DNA from: Mobula hypostoma
Lineage: Eukaryota
Length of the DNA stretch: 64,000 nucleotides
NCBI RefSeq assembly: GCF_963921235.1
Contig: NC_086108.1
Span: 37,698,001-37,762,000 of the forward strand
Direction of reading: 5' to 3'
Positions 1-12,723 of this stretch are shown in pieces. Positions within the stretch are counted from its first letter, which is position 1, and every line of letters starts with the position of its first letter. The notes beneath the pieces are model-generated. The model did no database searches. It had not been told where the DNA came from and saw only the letters and a list, made by a program, of their open reading frames with translations. The position numbers and the translations under genes were made by a program.

Positions 1-38
1 ATGTAATTTATCCTAGTTTTAAAAAAGACACAAGTAAA

Positions 39-1136
39 AGAAACAAGACAGAATCTGCAGATGCTTGAAGTCCAAGCAACACGCACAAAGTGCTGGACAA
101 ACTCAGCTGATCTGGTAATATCTATGGAAAAGAGTAAACAATCAACTTTTTGGGCTGAGACCCTTCATTCGAACTGGAAAAAAAGGATGAGCAGTCATTG
201 CAAGAGATGGGAGGAGAGGTTGAAGAAATATGAGGTAATAGGTGATAGGTGAAGCCAGGAGGGGGCAAAGGTGAAGTAAAGAGCTGGGAAGTCAATTGAT
301 GCAAGAAATAAAGGGCTGGAGAGGGGGGAATCTGATAGGAGAGGACAGAAGACCATGGAAGAAAGGGAAGGGAGAGGAGCAGCAGAGAGAAGTGATGGGC
401 AGGTATGGAGATAAGGTGAGAGAGGGGAATGGGAATGGAAAATGATGGAGGGGGCATTACTGCAAGTTCGAAAAATCAATGTTCATGCCATCAGTTGGAG
501 GCTACCCAGATACCCAGACGGAATATAAGGTGTTGCTCCTCTAGACTGAGTGTGGCCTCATCACGACAGTAGAGGAAGCCATGGACTGACATGTAGGAAT
601 GGGAATGGGAAGTGGAATTAAAATGCGTGGGCTCTGGGAGATCCCACTTTTTCTGATGGACAGAGCGTAGGTGCTTGGTGAAGCGGTCTCCCAATCTATG
701 TTGGGTCTCACTGATAAACAGGAGGCCACACCGGGAGCACCAGATACAATAGCTGACCCCAGCAGACTCACGGGTGAAGTGTTGCCTCAGCTGGAAGGAC
801 TGTTTGGGCCCTGAATGGTAGTGAAGGAGAAGGTGTCAGGGCAGGTGTAGCACTTATTCCACTTGCAAGGACACATGCCAGGAGAGAGATCAGTGGGGTG
901 GGACGAAAAGACAAGGGAATCATGTAGGAAGCAATCCCTGAGGAAAACAGGAAGTGGTGGGGGAGGGCAAGTTGTGCTTGGTGTGGGATCCGTTGGAGTT
1001 GGTGGAAGATAAGGAGAATTATGTGCTGGACACGAAGGCTAGTGGGGTGGTAGAAGGATGGGGTGAGGGCAGGCATGCGTGGAATGGGAGAGATGCAGTT
1101 GAGGGTAGCATTGATAATGGAAGAAGAGAAGCCCCT
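39..1136 (-). mobile_element. Penelope-like element, inverted 3' part (GIY-YIG region plus pLTR and tail)
   Basis: Reverse-complement homology to ~2348-3447. ORF 491..694 (HGFLYCRDEATLSLEEQHLIFRLG) matches the PLE endonuclease C-terminus. Confidence 0.88.
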
Positions 1137-3447
1137 GCTCTGTCTTCTACCTCCTCTGGATATTTTCATTGCTAACTGCCAATAAGACATCAACTGTCTC
1201 CACTTCACCACTTTCTCTTCGATTCCACCCTCACTCTTCCCAACTGCTCTGCTCTCCACTCTCCCCGCACAAATCCTAACCTCACCATCAAACCCGCAGA
1301 TGAGGGGAGCGCTATAGTAGTCTGGTGGACCGACCTCTACTTTGCTGAGGCCAGGCGACAACTGCCGGCCACCTCTTCTTATTTACTCCTCAATGAGGGC
1401 CCCACTAAGGAGCACCAGGCCATTGTCTCCCACACCATCACCAACCTTATTAACTCTGGGGATCTCCCATCCACCGCCATCAATCTCACAGTTCTCTCAC
1501 TCTGTATCTCCCATTTTTACCTCCTACCCAAGATCCACAAACCTGCCTGTCCAGGTAGGCCCGTTGTTTCTGCTTATTCCTGCCCCACTGAACTTAGACC
1601 TGCATACCTCAGTTCAGTTTAATCCCTGCTGTCTCAGTCCCTTCCTACCTACATCCATGACACTTCACACACTCTTAATATTTTCAATGATTTCAAGTTC
1701 CCTGGCCCTGATCACCTTATTTTCACTACGGATGTCCAGTCACTATCCACCCCCCCCCCCCAACAAGAAGGCCTCAAAGCTCTCCATTTCTTTCTAGACA
1801 CCAGCCCCAAGCATCTCCCCTCCACCACTACTCTCTTCCATCTGATGGGACTGGCTCTCATGCTCAATAATCTCTCCTTCAGCTCCTCCCACTTCCTTCA
1901 AACAAAAGCTGTAGCCATGGGCACTCGCATGGGTCTCAGCTATGCCTGCCCGTGGAACAGTTTATGTTCTAAGCCTACACTGGTATCACTCCCTGACTTT
2001 TCCTATGCTACATCGATGACTGCATTGTCGCTGCTTCTTGTACCTATGCCAAGCTCGTCAACTTCATAAACTTTGCCTCCAACTTCCACCCTACTGTCAA
2101 ATTTACCTTGTCCATTTCTGACACCTCCCTCCCCTTTTTCGATCTTTCGGTCTCTATCCCTGGAGACAGCATATTTACTGATGTCTTTTATAAACCCACT
2201 GACTCTCACAGCTGCCTTGTCTATACCTCTTCCCACCCTGTTACTTGTAAAAATGTCATCACCTTCTGTCACTTCCTCCATCTCCGCCACATCTGCTCTC
2301 AGGATGAGGCTTTTCATTCCAGAACTTAGATGTCCTTCTTCAAAGAAAGGGGCTTCCCTTCCTCCACCATCAACACTGCCCTCAAGCGCATCTCTCCCAT
2401 TTCATGCATGTCTGCCCTCACCCCATACTCCCGCCACCCTACCAGGGATAGAGTTCCTCTTGTCCTCACCTACTACCCCACCAGCCTTCATGTTCAGCAC
2501 ATAATTCTTCGCAACTTCCACAATCTCCAATGAGATCCCACCACCAAGCACATCCTTCCCTCCACCCCCCCCCCCACCACCACTTTCTGCTTTCCTCAGG
2601 AATTGCTCTCTACGCAACTCTCTTGTCTATTCATTCCTCCCCACTCATCACCCTCCTGGCACTTATCCTTTCAAGCAGAACAAGTGCTTCACCTGCCCCG
2701 ATACCCCCTCCCTCACTACCATTCAGGACCCCGAACAGTCCTTCCAGGTGATGCGACACTTCACCTGCGAGTCTGTTGAAGTCATCTACTGTATCTGCTG
2801 CTCTTGGTGTGGCCTGCTGTATATTGGTGAGACCCAACAAAAATTGGGGGACTGCTTCACCGAGCACCTATGCTTTGTCCATCAGAAAAAGTGGGATGCC
2901 CTAGAGACTACCCATTTCAATTCCACTTCCCATTCCCATATGTCAGTTCATGGCCTCCTCTACTGTCGTGATGAGGCCACACTCAGGTTGGAGGAGCAAA
3001 ACCTTACATTCCGTCTGGGTAGCCTCCAATCTGATAGCATGAACATCAATTTCTTGAAACTCTGGAAAAGGCCCTCCTCTTCCTCATCTATTCTCATTCC
3101 CATTTTCCTCTCTCACCTTATCTGCCCATCACCTCCCTCTGGTGCTCCTCCCACTTCACTTTCTTGCTCGACCTTCTGTCCTCTCCTATCAGACTCCCCC
3201 TTCTCCAGCCCTTTATCTCTTTCATGAATCAACTTTCCAGCTCTTTATTCACCCCTCCCCCCATCCCAGTTTCAACTACCACCTACTGCTGTGCATTTCT
3301 TCCTCCCTTCCCTCCACCTTCTTACTCTGACTTCTCATCTCTCTTCTCCAGTTCGGATGAAGTGTCTCGGCCTGAAACATTGATGGTTTGCTCTTTTCCA
3401 TAGATGCTGCCTGGCCTGCTGACTTCCTCCAGCATTTTGTGCGTGTT
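1137..3447 (+). mobile_element. Penelope-like element, decayed RT plus GIY-YIG endonuclease plus pLTR
   Basis: Motifs LTIKPADEGSAIVVW (~1281), FYLLPKIHKPACPGRPVVS (~1515), VAMGTRMG (~1911), YIDD (~2009), VFYKPTDSH, VIYCICCSWCGLLYIGETQ (~2781). Frameshifts and stops. ACAAGTAAA at 30-38 and 3448-3456 is a candidate TSD of the whole 39-3447 unit. Confidence 0.92.
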
Positions 3448-4171
3448 ACAAGTAAAGTAAGTATTTCTACAGGATCACTAGTGTTCTGTTGTCCCATATG
3501 TCTACAAATAATTCAAAAATATTCAATGTGCAATTTACAGACTTTCCAGATAGATTTGTTTTCTTAATTCATTCTTTTGCCAATATGACATTAATCAAGA
3601 TTATTTCAAGCGAGTTTAATGGATGTTGTCAAATGGACATTGGCCATGAAATTAAGACTAGTAATACCTAAGGGTTTGAAGCCAGATATCCATGACAAAC
3701 TCTTTAAAAATGTTTATTATCTTAGAAAACAAAATTCCGCATCATGTTTTAAAAAATTATCCATTTACAGTACTAATAAAAGGAGCTTGAAAACAGTTAA
3801 GTTCAAGCATTGCAGCCAAAAATTTACAGGAGTAGTATTGGTAAGTTTAGATTTGTAGTTAATGATGCCAAGTGCACTAAAACATCACACATGCTTTTCC
3901 TTCTGAAGTGTAATTATTGAGATACTAAATCCAACATATGCATTTCTGCAGCGTTGCTCTTGAACAAAAATACAGCTCAAAGCAATTTACAAGGAGAGCA
4001 ATAGAGAACAGATGGGAACAATGGAAGGATATAGTGGAGGCAGCCTAAAAAAAAATCACAATTTTAACAGAGAAGTAGTGAGCGAATAGCAAATGGTTAA
4101 AGGTGAGGATTCTTGACTGAAAGAACAGCTGCCAGTAGAACACCAGAAGAGGCAGAGAACCATTTGCACAA

Positions 4172-4262
4172 GGGGTTCTGCTGAAGCTGGAAATCCTGAA
4201 CAGCAAACACAAAATTCTGGAAGAACCTAGCAAGTCAGGCAGCATCTATGGAAATGAATAAC
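4172..4262 (-). mobile_element. Short Penelope-like pLTR/tail fragment
   Basis: Homologous to 50-130 (ctgcagatgctgg...caaaa..ctggaggaactcagcagg.caggcagcatctatgg). Confidence 0.7.
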
Positions 4263-4721
4263 GCTTCGTGAAAGTAGAGGGACCAGAAGAGTTTGCAGAG
4301 TTCAAAGTTCAAAGTAAATTTATTATCGAAGTACATATATATTACTATATACTACCCTGAGATTCATTTTCTTACATTCATTCACAGTAGAACAAAGAAA
4401 TAAAACAGAATCAATGAAAAACTATACGCAAACAAAGACTGACAATCTGCAGAAGACAAGTTGTGCAGATACAAAAATAAAAACAAATTATGATAATAGT
4501 AAATAAATAACACCAAGAACATGAGCTGTAGAGTCCTTGAAAGTGGATCCATTGGACGTGGATTCACTTTGATATCAAGGAGAGTGATGTGCTCAGTGGT
4601 GGACAGAGATTTCTCTACGATGAACTGGGCAGTATCCAGTACTTTTTGTACGTTTTTCCATTCTTGGCCTTACCAGTCAAGATACTCTCCACTTTGCATT
4701 GACAGAACTTTGTCAAGGTTT

Positions 4722-5285
4722 TGAATTGAATTGAATTGAATTGACTTTATTTCTTACATCCTTCACAAACATGAATAGTAAAAACATTACATTATGTCTC
4801 TGTCTAAATGTGCAATTTATAGTAATCTGTAATAAAGAGCATGTACAACAGGACAGTCAATATAGCACAGAAATACAATTGTATCTGTGTGAATTAATCA
4901 GTCTGATGGCCTGGTGGAAGAAGCCTGTTGGTCCTGGCTTTTATGCTGTGGGACTGTTTCCTGGATGGTAGCAGCTGGAACAGTTTGTGGTTGGTGTGAC
5001 TCAGGTCCCTAATGCACCTTCGGGCCCTTTTTACACATCTGTCTTTGTAAATGTCCTGAATAGTGGGAAGTTCACATCTACAGATGCGCTGGACTGTCTG
5101 CACCACTCTCTGCAGAGTCCTCCAATTGAGGGAAGTACAGTTCCCATACCAGGCAGATATGTAGCCAGTCAGGAGCTCTCAATTATGCCTCTGTAGAAAG
5201 CCCTTAGGATTTAGGGATTCATGCCAAACTTCTTCAATCATTTGAGTGAAAGAGGTGCTGTTGTGCTTTTTTCACCACACAGCCA
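4722..5285 (-). mobile_element. Rex1/Babar-like LINE 3' fragment (younger subfamily)
   Basis: (GAATT)n tail at ~4723-4743; reverse-complement match to 9640-10219; ORF ELPTIQDIYKDRCVKRAR..HKLFQLLPS. Confidence 0.8.
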
Positions 5286-5320
5286 TGATATGCCAAATAT
5301 GCCAAATGTGTGCAAACTTC

Positions 5321-6014
5321 TGCAATGGCTTCTCTGTACTGTTAACTGCTAAGGCTACTGTAATAGCTTCTCTGTACTGTTAACTGCTAAGGCTACTGTA
5401 ATAGCTTCTCTGTACTGTTAACTGCTAAGGCTACTGTAATAGTTTCTCTGTAATGTTAACTGCAAAGGCTACTGTAATAGATTCTCTGTAATGTTAACTG
5501 CTGATGTAATGGTTTCTCTGCAGCTGCAATGTTTGGGTTATGACTAGAGATAATGGGACTTTATCCAATGGGAGAGATGTTATTCTTTCTTGTCTGTGTG
5601 AAAGCTGTTGGTTTTTGAGGGCTTTGGGCAGAAGGCGCATGGAGAATGAAGAGAGGAGACGTGACTTGAGGAGTCGGTGGGTTGCCCGACCCTCCGGGCT
5701 TGAGTTTGGAAGTCGACGACGATCAAAGGAGGATCAGCAAAGGGGAAACCATGAGCTCCAACAAGTTGTGCACGAACTGATTAACAAGATTATTGGTGCT
5801 TTATATTTTATATTTTGTTTCTCTACTAACTCCATAGTCAAAGTAAGAGTTATAAAATCTTGATCGTTTAATTGCATATTGTGTACTGCTTATTGTTTCG
5901 GGGTACTGGTTTGAAACATCGCGTAGCATCCACCAAAACGGGAGTTCTAAAGTTTGGCTGGGAAGGGGAGTTATCATCTCCAAGATCATGCCGCTAGGCA
6001 AAGTGAGTGTTACA
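5321..6014. mobile_element. Solo LTR, probably Gypsy-type
   Basis: TGCAAT...GTTACA termini and 4-bp TSD CTTC (5317-5320, 6015-6018). The Rex1 sequence resumes on both sides. Confidence 0.75.
5324..5520. repeat. 38-bp minisatellite, ~5 copies, inside the solo LTR
   Basis: Unit AATAGCTTCTCTGTACTGTTAACTGCTAAGGCTACTGT starting at 5324, 5362, 5400, 5438 and 5476, plus a partial copy. Confidence 0.93.
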
Positions 6015-7214
6015 CTTCTAAGGAAACAAAGGCACTGCCATGCTTTCATAATAATGGCACTAATATACTGGTCCCAGGCCAGATCCCCTGAACCGATAAC
6101 AGCAAGGAATTTAAAATTAATGACCTTCACCACATCTGATCCCCTGATGATGACTGGCTTATGTATCTCCGGTTTCCTTCTCTTGCAGTCAATAATCAAT
6201 TCTTTGGTTTTGCTGAAGTTGAGTGAAAGATTGCTGATGTGGCACCATTCAACCAAATTTTCCACCTCCTTCCTATGTGCCGATACGGCGCAAAATGAGA
6301 GAACATGAAATACTTGAAAGTGAAGGAGCTGAAAAGTGAGTTGGTTAGGCAAAAGTAGCCAAATTCAGCAATTTCAGGAGGTGATGTGGGCACAGGGGAA
6401 TCAGGATATGCAGTACTTGTGATAAAGCCACTGGTGTAGAACCATCTAGGAGCATTAGGGTAGATAAAGGCACTCAGAAGATGAGCACTTAAGTGGATAA
6501 TTCACACATAAGGAAGGAATGCATTTGGCTCTGTATCACTGGTACTGAGCTAGGATGAAATCTTTGCTGACAGCTTAGGCAGAGGGGTATGGTCTAAGTA
6601 TATTTTCTTTCTTTCTTCCTTCTCCTATTCTCATTATTGCTCCTCTTCAGATGTTCGCCACATGTTTATGACAAAGTTGTGCAGTCTTCCCAGCACTACA
6701 ACTATGCATTCTTGACAAGAATTCCTCTAAAGCAACAGAAATATCTTTCAATATTTGATAGCCGGCTTGAATTGTTGATGTCAGCCCTTTGGCTTGAATG
6801 CTCACACAGACGTAGGTGGCACATTTGAGTGACTGGCCACGTTGTCAATCAGTGGCCATCTTTCTGCTGGCTGTGGTGGCCGAAATGCAGCTGGTGCATT
6901 GGAGTAAATGTTCCATAGCAGATGCTAATCAGTGTGGCTTGCTGCCTATGGCCACACCACTGTGGGGTGTTGAGGGAATAGAATCTATTTGCATTTTGAT
7001 ACAGGGCAGCGATGACTTGCAGCATCTTTAAAGCAACATCTATGCATTCACTAACACAATGCACAAGAAGGAAGGTTTCAATTAGGGCAACATTCTCTCT
7101 TTACCTATTGAGCTATAACACAGTTCACTCTTAATAGAGAACTTCTGTGATCTTTCTTGTAAGACAATTAACAGAAAACTGGAAACGGGCACAAAAATTG
7201 AAGTTAATTTATGT

Positions 7215-7281
7215 CATGGGTGCCCAATCTCGGGTCCACTGACCCCTTGCTTAACGACATAAAAAAGGTTGGGAACTCCTG
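7215..7281. mobile_element. 67-bp hAT (Charlie-like) MITE
   Basis: Imperfect 16-bp TIRs CATGGGTGCCCAATCT / AGGTTGGGAACTCCTG and perfect 8-bp TSD ATTTATGT (7207-7214, 7282-7289). Confidence 0.8.
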
Positions 7282-7569
7282 ATTTATGTAGTAATTTTCA
7301 CAGCTACTGGTAATGCACTTCTCTGGGCAGTCTGGCTACAATATGCAGCAGATTTGAGTGAGAATATTTTATTGGAGAGAAGATATTGCAGCATTGTTTC
7401 TTACTGTGTTGCAGATATGTGAACTGCTTTGTCAACATCCAGTGAAGACATGGTCTGATACTAAGAGCACCATTCTCCCCACCCTCCTCCATTTCCCACT
7501 CGCTACTTTTGTTCTGCAAGCCCTCTACATACTTATTCCCCAGTTGCACTGGACTCCAGGTATAATGAA

Positions 7570-7718
7570 ACATTCACAACATGCTGGAGGAACTCAGCAG
7601 GTTGGGCAGCATCTGTGGAAACAATCAGACAACGTTTCGGGCCGGAACCCTTCATCAGTTCCTCCAGCGTGTTGTGAGAGTTGCTTTGACCCCAGCATCT
7701 GCAGAGTATTTTGTGTTT
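7570..7718. mobile_element. Penelope-like fold-back mini-insertion
   Basis: Inverted arms cacaacatgctggaggaact / agttcctccagcgtgttgtg; 12-bp TSD AGGTATAATGAA (7558-7569, 7719-7730). Confidence 0.88.
7628..7658 (-). ncRNA. Minimal hammerhead ribozyme core of the PLE pLTR (stem I 5' arm lost)
   Basis: Minus strand reads CUGAUGA-A-GGGU(UCCG)GCCC-GAAAC-GUU-GUC. Minimal type I hammerheads are established in PLE pLTRs. Confidence 0.6.
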
Positions 7719-8417
7719 AGGTATAATGAACTCATGTCATGGAAGAATTGACTCTAGCGAAGCCTCAGTCAACAAAATCTTTAGAATAATTCTCTGTGGT
7801 ATGTCATAACCTAAATGCGCTACAGCTAACACCAGATGTAGAATCTTACCACAGCCAGCAGCAAGCAACCAACATGTAATAGTGGATAATTGTGTGAAAT
7901 TGTTTTGGTGGTAGCTCCTTTCCAACGTTTAACGCATATTCAGCTATGCAAGATTAAGCAAGTGTATTAGGTAGAGCATAGAACTCCAAAGTGGCATCAC
8001 TGGCATCAGATCAAGCTGGATGACTTGCCTGCTCAGCACACTTCCTTGCAGATGTTCACATATTGTCAAAAAAACAAATCAGGCATCAAAATTCCTTAAC
8101 TCTTACTGACAGAACTCTGCCAAATCAAACTAAGAAACAAAAAAGTTAATTGTTATTAATGACCGTAGAAATTTTTGATCTTGAAGCACCTATTTGGGAT
8201 GTTTCCAAATCAGCAGTTTGAAAGGATTTGTTGGCTAATATTAGACTTTGTGAGAGAATAGCCAATTTTCTCGATTGAAAGACCATCAGACTTCTGATAA
8301 AACCTGCAAACAGCAAAGAAAACTCCCAAAACTAAAATTAGTAGCAATCTTCATACCAGAACTGGGGACCTTGCTCAGAACATCATAGGCATGAGTAGTA
8401 AAATAGTTTTATCCTTA

Positions 8418-8966
8418 CATAGAAACATAGAAAATAGGTGCAGGAGTAGGCCATTCGGCCCTTCGAGCCTGCACCGCCATTTATTATGATCATGGCTGAT
8501 CATCCAACTCAGAACCCTGCACCAGCCTTCCCTCCATACCCCCTGATCCCCGTAGCCACAAGGGCCATATCTAACTCCCTCTTAAATACAGCCAATGAAC
8601 TGGCCTCAACTGTTTCCTGTGGCAGAGAATTCCACAGATTCACCACTCTCTGTGTGAAGAAGTTTTTCCTAATCTCAGTCCTAAAAGGCTTCCCCCTTAT
8701 TCTCAAACTGTGACCCCTCGTTCTGGACTTCCCCAACATAGGGAACAATCTTCCTGCATCTAGCCTGTCCAATCCCTTTAGGATTTTACACGTTTCAATC
8801 AGATTCCCCCCCTCAATCTTCTAAATTCCAACAAGTACAAGCCTAGTTCATCCAGTCTTTCTTCATATGAAAGTCCTGCCATCCCAGGAATCAATCTGGT
8901 GAACCTTCTTTGGCAAGGATGTCTTTCCTCAGATTAGGGGACCAAAACTGCACACAATACTCCAGG
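8418..8966 (-). mobile_element. CR1 LINE 3' end
   Basis: ORF 8509..8772 (SRTRGHSLRIRGKPFRTEIRKNFFTQRVVNLWNSLP); (CATAGAAA)n tail on the plus strand. Confidence 0.92.
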
Positions 8967-9079
8967 TCTTACAGTTCTAACGCACAGCAATATAGTTTTT
9001 GAGGACTGATATTGAGGTGACCATTACCATTTTCTCAAAGCCAACAAAACTAAAGAGTGGGTCATTAACTTTAGGAAAC

Positions 9080-10405
9080 TAGGTGATGCACATGTTCCTG
9101 TCTTCAACAATGTTGAGAGCCTCAAGTTTCCAGAAGTGAACATTACCCATAGCCTATTGTTGTCCAACCATGTTGATGTCACGGCCAAGAAGCTCACCAG
9201 TACCTCCGCTTCCTCAGGAGGCTAAAGAAATTTGTCAAGTTCCTGTCAACCCTTAACAATTTTTATTGGTGCACCACAGAAAGCACCCTTTCTGTATACA
9301 TAATGGCTTAGTATATCAACGGATCTGTATGTGACCAGAAGGAACAACAGTGGGTTGTATACACAGCTTAGCACATCACAGAAGCAAGCATCCCCTCCAT
9401 GGACTCTGAGAATATTTCTTGCTGCCTCAGTAAAGTAGCCAGCATACTGTCCACCCAGGACAGTTGCTCTTCTCCCCTCTTCCATCATCAGAAGATACAA
9501 AAACCTGAAAGCATATACCATGAGAATCAAGAACAGATTCTACCCCCAAATAATAAGACTATTAAATTATTTTCTAGTATGATACAATACATTCTTGACT
9601 TCACAATCTACCTTACTTGATCTGTACATATCGGCTGTGTGGTGAAAAAAGCACAACAGTGCATCTTTCAACTCCGACGGTTGAAGAAGTTTGGCATGAG
9701 TCCCCAAATCCTAAGGGCTTTCTACAGGGGCACGATTGAGAGCATCCTGACGGGCTGTATCACTGCTTGGTACAGGAACTGTACCTCCTACAATCACATG
9801 ACTCTGCAGAGACTGCTGCCGAAAGCTTAGCGCATCTGTGGATGTGAACTTCCCACCATTCAGGACATTTACAGTGACAGGTGTGTAAAAAGAGCCCAAA
9901 AAGTCATTGGGGACCTGAGTCACCCCAATCACAAACTGTTCCAGCTGCTAGCATCTGGAAAATGGTACCACAGCATAAAAGCCAGGACCAACAGGCTCTG
10001 GGATAGCTTCTTCCACCAGGCCATCAGCCTGAATAATTCAAGCTGATGCAATTGTATTTCTTTGCTATACTGACTGTCCTGTTGTATATCTTACTGTAAA
10101 TACTATGCATTACAAATTATTATAATTCGCACATTGCACATTCAGATGGAGACATAATGTAAAGACTTTTACTCCTCTCGTATGTGAAGGATGTAAGAAA
10201 TAAAGTCAATTCAATTCATTATGATCTTGCACTTTATTGTTTGCCTGAAGCATTTTCTCTGTAGCTTTTACACTTCATTCTGCATTGTTCTCACATTACC
10301 TTGTTCTACCTCAATGCATTATTGAATGAATTGATCTGTACAAACAAGCTTTTTACTATATCTTGGTACATGTGACAATAAAAAACCAATACCAATACCA
10401 AATAA
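9080..10405 (+). mobile_element. Nested Rex1/Babar-like LINE fragments (younger copy ~9622-10219 inside an older one)
   Basis: ORF VKKAQQCIFQLRRLKKFGMSPQILRAFYRGTIESILTGCITAWY; tails (CAATT)n near 10210 and (ACCAAT)n near 10390. Confidence 0.8.
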
Positions 10406-10777
10406 ATATCTTTAGTACTAGTGACTTAGTTTTCTTTACTACTCTAAAGTTTACTAGTTTGAACTTTGCACAATTCACAGTCTGTTTATTCACAGGAGTC
10501 CTTTGCATGTTACTTTCAGGACATTGCAAAACAGTGGAATTTGTCGTCAAAATCACTTAATCTGCTTCTTTCAAAAAGGTTTTAGAAGAGCTATTTTATG
10601 AGAAATATGAAAGGAAAAAATAAGGAGTGGATTACAACAGGATTGATGGAAACAATCAACAAGAGGATCACTCAAAGAAATATGCAATAGAAGCAGCACT
10701 AGGAACGAGAAAACAGAGGCACAAGGGGAATATGACAGAGTGCACACAGAAATAAGGAAAAACATAAGGGTCAGAAG

Positions 10778-11193
10778 AAGAATCGCTTGATTCTGGCATG
10801 GTCCTGGAGGACTGGAATATTGCAAATGTCACTCCACTCTTTAAGAAGGGAGGAAGGCAAAAGAAAGGAAAATATAGGCCTGTTGGCCTAACCTCAGCAG
10901 CTGGGAAAGTGTTGGAGTCCATTATTAAGGATGAGGCTTCAGGATACTTGGAGACTAATGATAAAATAAGTCAAAGTCAGTATGATTTCTGTAAAGGGAA
11001 ATCTGTTAGAATTCTTCGAGGAAATAACAAGCAGGATGGACGAAGGAGAGGCAGTGGATGTCATTTACTTAGATTTTCAGAAGGCATTTGATAAGGTGCC
11101 TCACATGAGGTTACCTAACAAGATAAAATCCTATGGTGTTACAGGCATGGATAGAGGAATAGCTGACAGGCAGGAGACCTCAAATGGGAATAA
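10778..11193 (+). mobile_element. CR1 LINE RT fragment
   Basis: EDWNIANVTPLFKKGGRQKKGKYRPVGLTS; VDVIYLDFQKAFDKVPH. Confidence 0.9.
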
Positions 11194-11725
11194 AGCAAGT
11201 GAAGAATAAAGTTGGAAATGACGTAACTAAATAAGGCAAACTGCTACAATGTTGGACACAGTATTTCAATGAACTTCTGAATAGACCACCTCCTCTGGAA
11301 TCTCTTTCAATTCCAGAAGCATCAACAGACTTGGGTGTCAACTATGACAAGCCATCAAAGAAGGATATCATACAGGCAACTAAAAGGCAAAAGTCAGGAA
11401 AAGCAGCTGGCACAGACAGTGTACCACAGAGGCATTGAAGGCAGACCCTAAACTTTGGCAGACATCCTACACACTTTGTTCTGCAACATCTAGAACAAAG
11501 AAGAGATGCTACAAGTGTAGAAGTGAAGTCACATGATCAAGCTTCCAAAGAAAAATGATCAACAGAATTATTCTGCAATGCCTTCAGCAAGCTTCTGACA
11601 CAACATTAAGGAACTAGCAAGCAGGCTTTAGGAAAGATCACTCCTGCACAGACCAGATAGCTATCTTAAGAATAATTATAGAACAGTCAATCAAACAGAA
11701 TACTTCTCTCTACGTCAATCTCATT

Positions 11726-12670
11726 AGACCATAAGATATAGGAGCAGAATTAGGTCATTTGGCCCATCGGGTCTACTCTGCCATTTCATGATGGCTGATC
11801 CATTTCCCCTTTCAGCCCAATCTCTTGCCTTCTCCCTATATCCCTTCATGCCCTGACTAATCAACCTCTCCCTTAAATATACCTAATGATTTGGCCTCCA
11901 CATGCACATGTGGCACTGAATTCCATAGGTCCAGCACTCGCTGGCTAAAGAAATTCCTTCTAATCTCCAGTCTAAAAGGATGGCCCACTATTCTGAAGCT
12001 GTGCCCTCTGGTCTTAGGCTCCCTCCCCACCATAGGAAACATTTTCTCCACATTTACTTTGTTGAGGCCTTTCAACATTTGATAGGTTTTAATGAGGTTA
12101 CCTCTCATTCTTCTGAATTCCAGTGAGTACAGGCCCAGAGCCATCAAGCATTCTCATATGACAAGCCTTTCAATCCCGGAAGCATTCTCGTGAACCTCCT
12201 TTGAATCCTCCCCAATGTCAGCACATCCTTTCTTAGAAAAGGGGCCCAAAACTGCTCACAATACTCAAAGTGAACCCCCACCAGTGCTTAATAAAGCCTC
12301 AACATTAAATCTTTGCATTTATATTATAGTCTTCTTGTAATGAATGCTAACATCGCATTTGCCTTCCTCAGCTCTGACCCAACCTGCAAATTAACCATCA
12401 GGGAATCCTGCTCAAAGACTCACAAGTCGGTTTACACTTCAAATTTTTAAATTTTCTCTCCATTTAGAAGATAGTCTACCCTTTTATTTCTTCTACCAAA
12501 GTGCATGACCATAAACTTCCCAAGACTCTATTCCATTTGTTACTTCTTTGTCCACTTTCCTCATCTGTCTGTCCTCTTGTAGACTCTCTACTTCTTCAAA
12601 ATTACCTGCCCTTCCACCTATCTTCATATTGTCCACAAACTTTGCCACAAAGCCATCATTTCTGTCATTC
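11726..12670 (-). mobile_element. CR1 LINE 3' part
   Basis: ORFs 11857..12147 and 12493..12678 (DGFVAKFVDNMKIGG); tail agaccataagatatagg. Confidence 0.9.
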
Positions 12671-12723
12671 AACTTCATTGACTACGAGAAAGCCATCAAT
12701 AGCTTAAGCAAGAACACCCTCAG

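Larger units (their letters stand above)
4297..6282 (-). mobile_element. Older Rex1/Babar-like LINE 3' part, interrupted by a younger Rex1 copy and a solo LTR
   Basis: ORF 5801..6352 segment EVENLVEWCHISNLSLNFSKTKELIIDC..KAWQCLCFLR; (GTTCAAA)n tail near 4300. Confidence 0.7.

Noticed and set aside
3490..3860. Possible ancient hAT transposase remnant
   Set aside because: Only a vague F..DF..RF pattern; no TIR, TSD or reliable motif.
5324..5520. 38-bp repeats as a CRISPR array
   Set aside because: Head-to-tail units with no spacers, inside an LTR in vertebrate DNA, and no cas genes.
8255..8274. Minus-strand SRKLA resembling the SRKIASQ microexon
   Set aside because: Preceded by CAA rather than AG, with no GT donor at 21 nt.
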